Part shown: positions 61,177 to 64,000 of the stretch, piece after piece | Numbering within the stretch: the stretch's first letter is position 1 | How the letters are laid out: every line of letters starts with the position of its first letter | Source: Rhodospirillaceae bacterium | Lineage (GTDB): Bacteria; Pseudomonadota; Alphaproteobacteria; CACIAM-22H2 | DNA: 64,000 nt | Assembly (NCBI GenBank): GCA_022843945.1 | Contig: JALHMR010000007.1 | Location: 116,546 to 180,545, forward strand | Direction of reading: 5' to 3' | The notes under the pieces: model-generated | What the model was told of the DNA's origin: nothing | The model's database searches: none | The model's input: only the letters and a program-made list of their open reading frames with translations | Translations under genes and position numbers: made by a program

Positions 61177-63843
61177 ATGGAAACCAGCCTGCATCGCTTT
61201 GTCATCAATCACTCCAAGAAGGAGACCGGCTTTCTTATTGCCCTGACGCTGCTCTCGCTGCCCATCTACTACATCACCCTCGACATCCCGAAGAACGTCT
61301 TCAACCAGGGCATCCTGGGCAAGGGCATCACCTTCCCCACGACCGTGTTCGGCGTGTCGATGGATCAGGTTGGCTACCTGTTCTGGCTATGCTTCCTGTT
61401 CTTCTGCTCGGTGATGGTGAACGGCGCCATCAAGCAGTACATCAACACCTACAAGGGCCGCCTGGGCGAGCGCCTGCTGCGCCGCCTGCGCTATGAGCTG
61501 GTGTCGCGCATCATGCGCTTCCCGCTGCCCCATTTCCGCAAGGTGTCGTCCGGCGAGCTGATCCCGATGATCACCGCCGAGGTCGAGCCGCTGGGCGGCT
61601 ACATGGGCGATGCCTTCGCCCAGCCGCTGATCCAGGCCGGCACGCTGGCGACCATCGCCACCTTCCTGTTCATCCAGAACTGGATGATGGGCATCGCGGC
61701 GATCGTCTTCTTCCCGCTGCAGGGCTACATCATCCCGAAAATGCAGCGCAAGGTGAACCAGCTCGGCAAGGAGCGGGTGCGCGCCATGCGCAAGGTCTCC
61801 GAGCGCATCGGCGAGGCGGTGGCCGGCGCGCACGAGATCCATGCCAACGGCACGGCGAATTACGAGCGCGCCGATTTCTCCGACCGGCTGGGCCGCGTCT
61901 TCAGCATCCGCTTCCAGATCTACATCCGCAAGGGCCAGGTCAAGTTCCTCAACAACTTCCTCAACCAGATGGCGCCGCTGCTCTTCTACTCGCTCGGCGG
62001 CTACCTGGTGATCCAGGGCGAGCTGACGGCGGGCGCGCTGGCCGCGGCGCTGACCGCGCACAAGGACATGTCGGCGCCGTGGAAGGAGCTGCTCGACTAC
62101 TACCAGCAGACGGCGGACTCGAAGATCAAGTACGAGCAGGTCACCGAGCAGTTCCGGCCGGAGAACATGTTCGACGAGGCGCTGCAGGTGCCGCTCAGTG
62201 AGGCGCCCAAGCGCCTGCGAGGCGATATCGTGGCCAACAACCTGGTGGTGGTCGACGAGAGCGCCACGCGGCTGCTCGACGGCATCACCGCGGCGATCAA
62301 GGCGGGGGAGAAGGTCGCCGTGGTCGGCCGGGTCGGCGGCGGCAAGGAAGCGCTGGCCATGGCGCTGGCCCGGCTCTACCTGCCGAGCGGCGGCAAGCTG
62401 ACCTACGGCGGCGCCGACGGTCTGACGCTGTCCGAGCCGATGCTGGGGGCCCGCCTGGGCTACGTGGCGCAGAACTCGTACCTGTTCTCGTCCAGTGTGC
62501 GCGACAACATCCTCTATGGGCTGCGCCAGCGGCCGATCGCGCCCAAGCAGCGCGAGCCGGCGGCCGAAGCCGAGCGCCAGAAGTTCCTGGCCGAGACCAG
62601 GCGCGCCGGCAATCTCGATCTCGACGGCGAGGCCGACTGGACCGACCTGGCAGCGGCCGAGATCAAGGATCCGTCGGCGCTCTCGTCGCGCATCGTCGAG
62701 GTGCTGATGGCCGTCGACCTCGAAGAGGACGTTTTCCAGCTCGGCCTGCGCGGCACGATCGATCCCAAGGCGCACCCGACCATCGCCGGGCGCATCCTCG
62801 AGGCCCGCAAGGGGCTGCAGCAGCGGCTCGACGACAAGGCGACCGAAGCGGGGATGAGAGGCCTGATCGAGCCGTTCCATCCCGAGCGCTACAACACCAA
62901 CGCGACCCTGGCGGAGAACCTGCTGTTCGGCACGCCCATCCAGCCGGCCTTCGAGGTCGACAGGCTGGCGACCAACTATGCCGTGCTCAAGGTGCTCGAC
63001 CAGGTCGGGCTGGCCGAGAAGCTGGTCGCCGCCGGGCGCGAAGTGGCCGCGGAAATGATCGAAATCTTCGCCGACCTGCCGCCGGATCACGAATTCTTCG
63101 AGCAGTTCGGTTTCATCTCCTCCGACGACCTGCCGGAGTTCCAGGCGATCCTGTCGCGCATCTCGCGCCCCGATACGCCGATGCTGCCCGAGGACCGCGC
63201 CCGGCTGATGACCCTGCCGTTCAAGCTGATTCAGACCCGCCACCGTCTCGACGTGCTGACCCCCGAGCTGAAGGACAAGGTTCTGGAGGCTCGCCAGGCG
63301 CTGCGCGCCAGCGAGGATCCGGTGGTCAAGGTCGGCGTCGAGTTCTTCGATCCCGACACCTACAACGCCGCGGCGACCATCCAGGACAACATCCTGTTCG
63401 GCAAGCTGGCCTACGGCCAGGCCAAGGCCAGCCAGCGCGTCGGCAAGGTGATCGAGGCGATCCTTAACGATCTCAACCTGCGCTCGACCGTGGTCGAGGT
63501 CGGGCTGGAATTCGCGGTCGGCGTCGGCGGCGCCAGGCTTGCGCCGCCGCAGCGGGCGAAGGTGGCGCTGGCCCGCGCGCTGCTCAAGCGGCCGGATGTG
63601 CTGATCGTCAACGAGGCGACGGCGATCCTCGACGCCCAGAGCCAGGCGCGCACGCTCGACGGCGTGCTCAAGGAATCCGACGGGCGCACCCTGATCTGGG
63701 TGTTGCACAATCCGACACATGCCAGCCGCTTCGACCGGGTGCTGGTGATCGGCGAGGGCCGGGTTATCGAGTCCGGGTCGGTCGGCGATCTGCAGAAGGA
63801 CGGCAGCGTGTTCGCCGAGCTGATGACCGCGGCGGCGGCGTAA
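61177..63843 (+). CDS. ABC exporter-type TMD-NBD fusion with large NBD insertion and degenerate motifs
   Basis: N-terminal TMD; Walker A GRVGGGKE, signature LAPPQ, Walker B LIVNE; alternative start 61159. Confidence 0.85.
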   Translation: METSLHRFVINHSKKETGFLIALTLLSLPIYYITLDIPKNVFNQGILGKGITFPTTVFGVSMDQVGYLFWLCFLFFCSVMVNGAIKQYINTYKGRLGERLLRRLRYELVSRIMRFPLPHFRKVSSGELIPMITAEVEPLGGYMGDAFAQPLIQAGTLATIATFLFIQNWMMGIAAIVFFPLQGYIIPKMQRKVNQLGKERVRAMRKVSERIGEAVAGAHEIHANGTANYERADFSDRLGRVFSIRFQIYIRKGQVKFLNNFLNQMAPLLFYSLGGYLVIQGELTAGALAAALTAHKDMSAPWKELLDYYQQTADSKIKYEQVTEQFRPENMFDEALQVPLSEAPKRLRGDIVANNLVVVDESATRLLDGITAAIKAGEKVAVVGRVGGGKEALAMALARLYLPSGGKLTYGGADGLTLSEPMLGARLGYVAQNSYLFSSSVRDNILYGLRQRPIAPKQREPAAEAERQKFLAETRRAGNLDLDGEADWTDLAAAEIKDPSALSSRIVEVLMAVDLEEDVFQLGLRGTIDPKAHPTIAGRILEARKGLQQRLDDKATEAGMRGLIEPFHPERYNTNATLAENLLFGTPIQPAFEVDRLATNYAVLKVLDQVGLAEKLVAAGREVAAEMIEIFADLPPDHEFFEQFGFISSDDLPEFQAILSRISRPDTPMLPEDRARLMTLPFKLIQTRHRLDVLTPELKDKVLEARQALRASEDPVVKVGVEFFDPDTYNAAATIQDNILFGKLAYGQAKASQRVGKVIEAILNDLNLRSTVVEVGLEFAVGVGGARLAPPQRAKVALARALLKRPDVLIVNEATAILDAQSQARTLDGVLKESDGRTLIWVLHNPTHASRFDRVLVIGEGRVIESGSVGDLQKDGSVFAELMTAAAA

Positions 63844-63866
63844 AGCAGGGTGAGGGGAGACTGACG

Positions 63867-64000
63867 ATGTCGATCAAGGAAGAAGTCGAGGTCCTGCGCA
63901 ACATCCCGCTTTTCGCCAAGCTCGAATCGGCGAAGCTGAAGCTGCTGGCCTTCACCAGCGAGCGCCTGACCTTCGATACCGGGCAGCCGCTGTTCCAGCA
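63867..64000 (+). CDS. Cyclic nucleotide-binding domain protein (runs off the window)
   Basis: MSIKEEVEVLRNIPLFAKLESAKLKLLAFTSERLTFDTGQPLFQ, typical cNMP-domain N-helix; RBS GAGGGGAG. Confidence 0.75.
   Translation, partial: MSIKEEVEVLRNIPLFAKLESAKLKLLAFTSERLTFDTGQPLFQ

Noticed and set aside
61387..63720. 777-aa minus-strand ORF
   Set aside because: Antisense shadow of the ABC transporter

Overview
A GC-rich alphaproteobacterial chromosomal segment that looks Rhodospirillales-like. Most of it is core metabolism: pccB/pccA, lipB, tRNA-Leu, maeB, a LiuR-controlled leucine/isovalerate degradation cluster, serB-miaA-ilvBNC, leuA, mreBCD-mrdA, tRNA-Lys, prfC and an ABC-F ATPase. The first accessory patch (1.1-4.8 kb, directly after pccB) is a small, decaying defence/TA island. 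It holds a low-GC REase-NACHT-pentapeptide gene that seems to lack the NACHT helical domains, an intact RelE/HTH TA pair, orphan HicB-like and HigA antitoxins, an internally deleted HigA-type remnant, a cupin remnant and a GTCAY palindromic element. After tRNA-Lys there is a cytochrome b561 fused to a periplasmic CxxCH domain, with one heme-b His replaced by Lys. A TRAP operon with a tandem FadR-type operator is bracketed by two near-identical NUDIX genes, one frameshifted. The window ends in a degenerate ABC exporter with a triplicated NBD segment, followed by a cNMP-binding protein. Smaller signals are a HEPN-motif protein after pccA, an unannotated 40-aa basic ORF coupled to ligJ, a leuA leader peptide, a Cle-like/CheE-like pair behind an AT-rich CtrA-like site, and a probable ATC start codon. 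All calls come from reading the sequence; no database searches were run.
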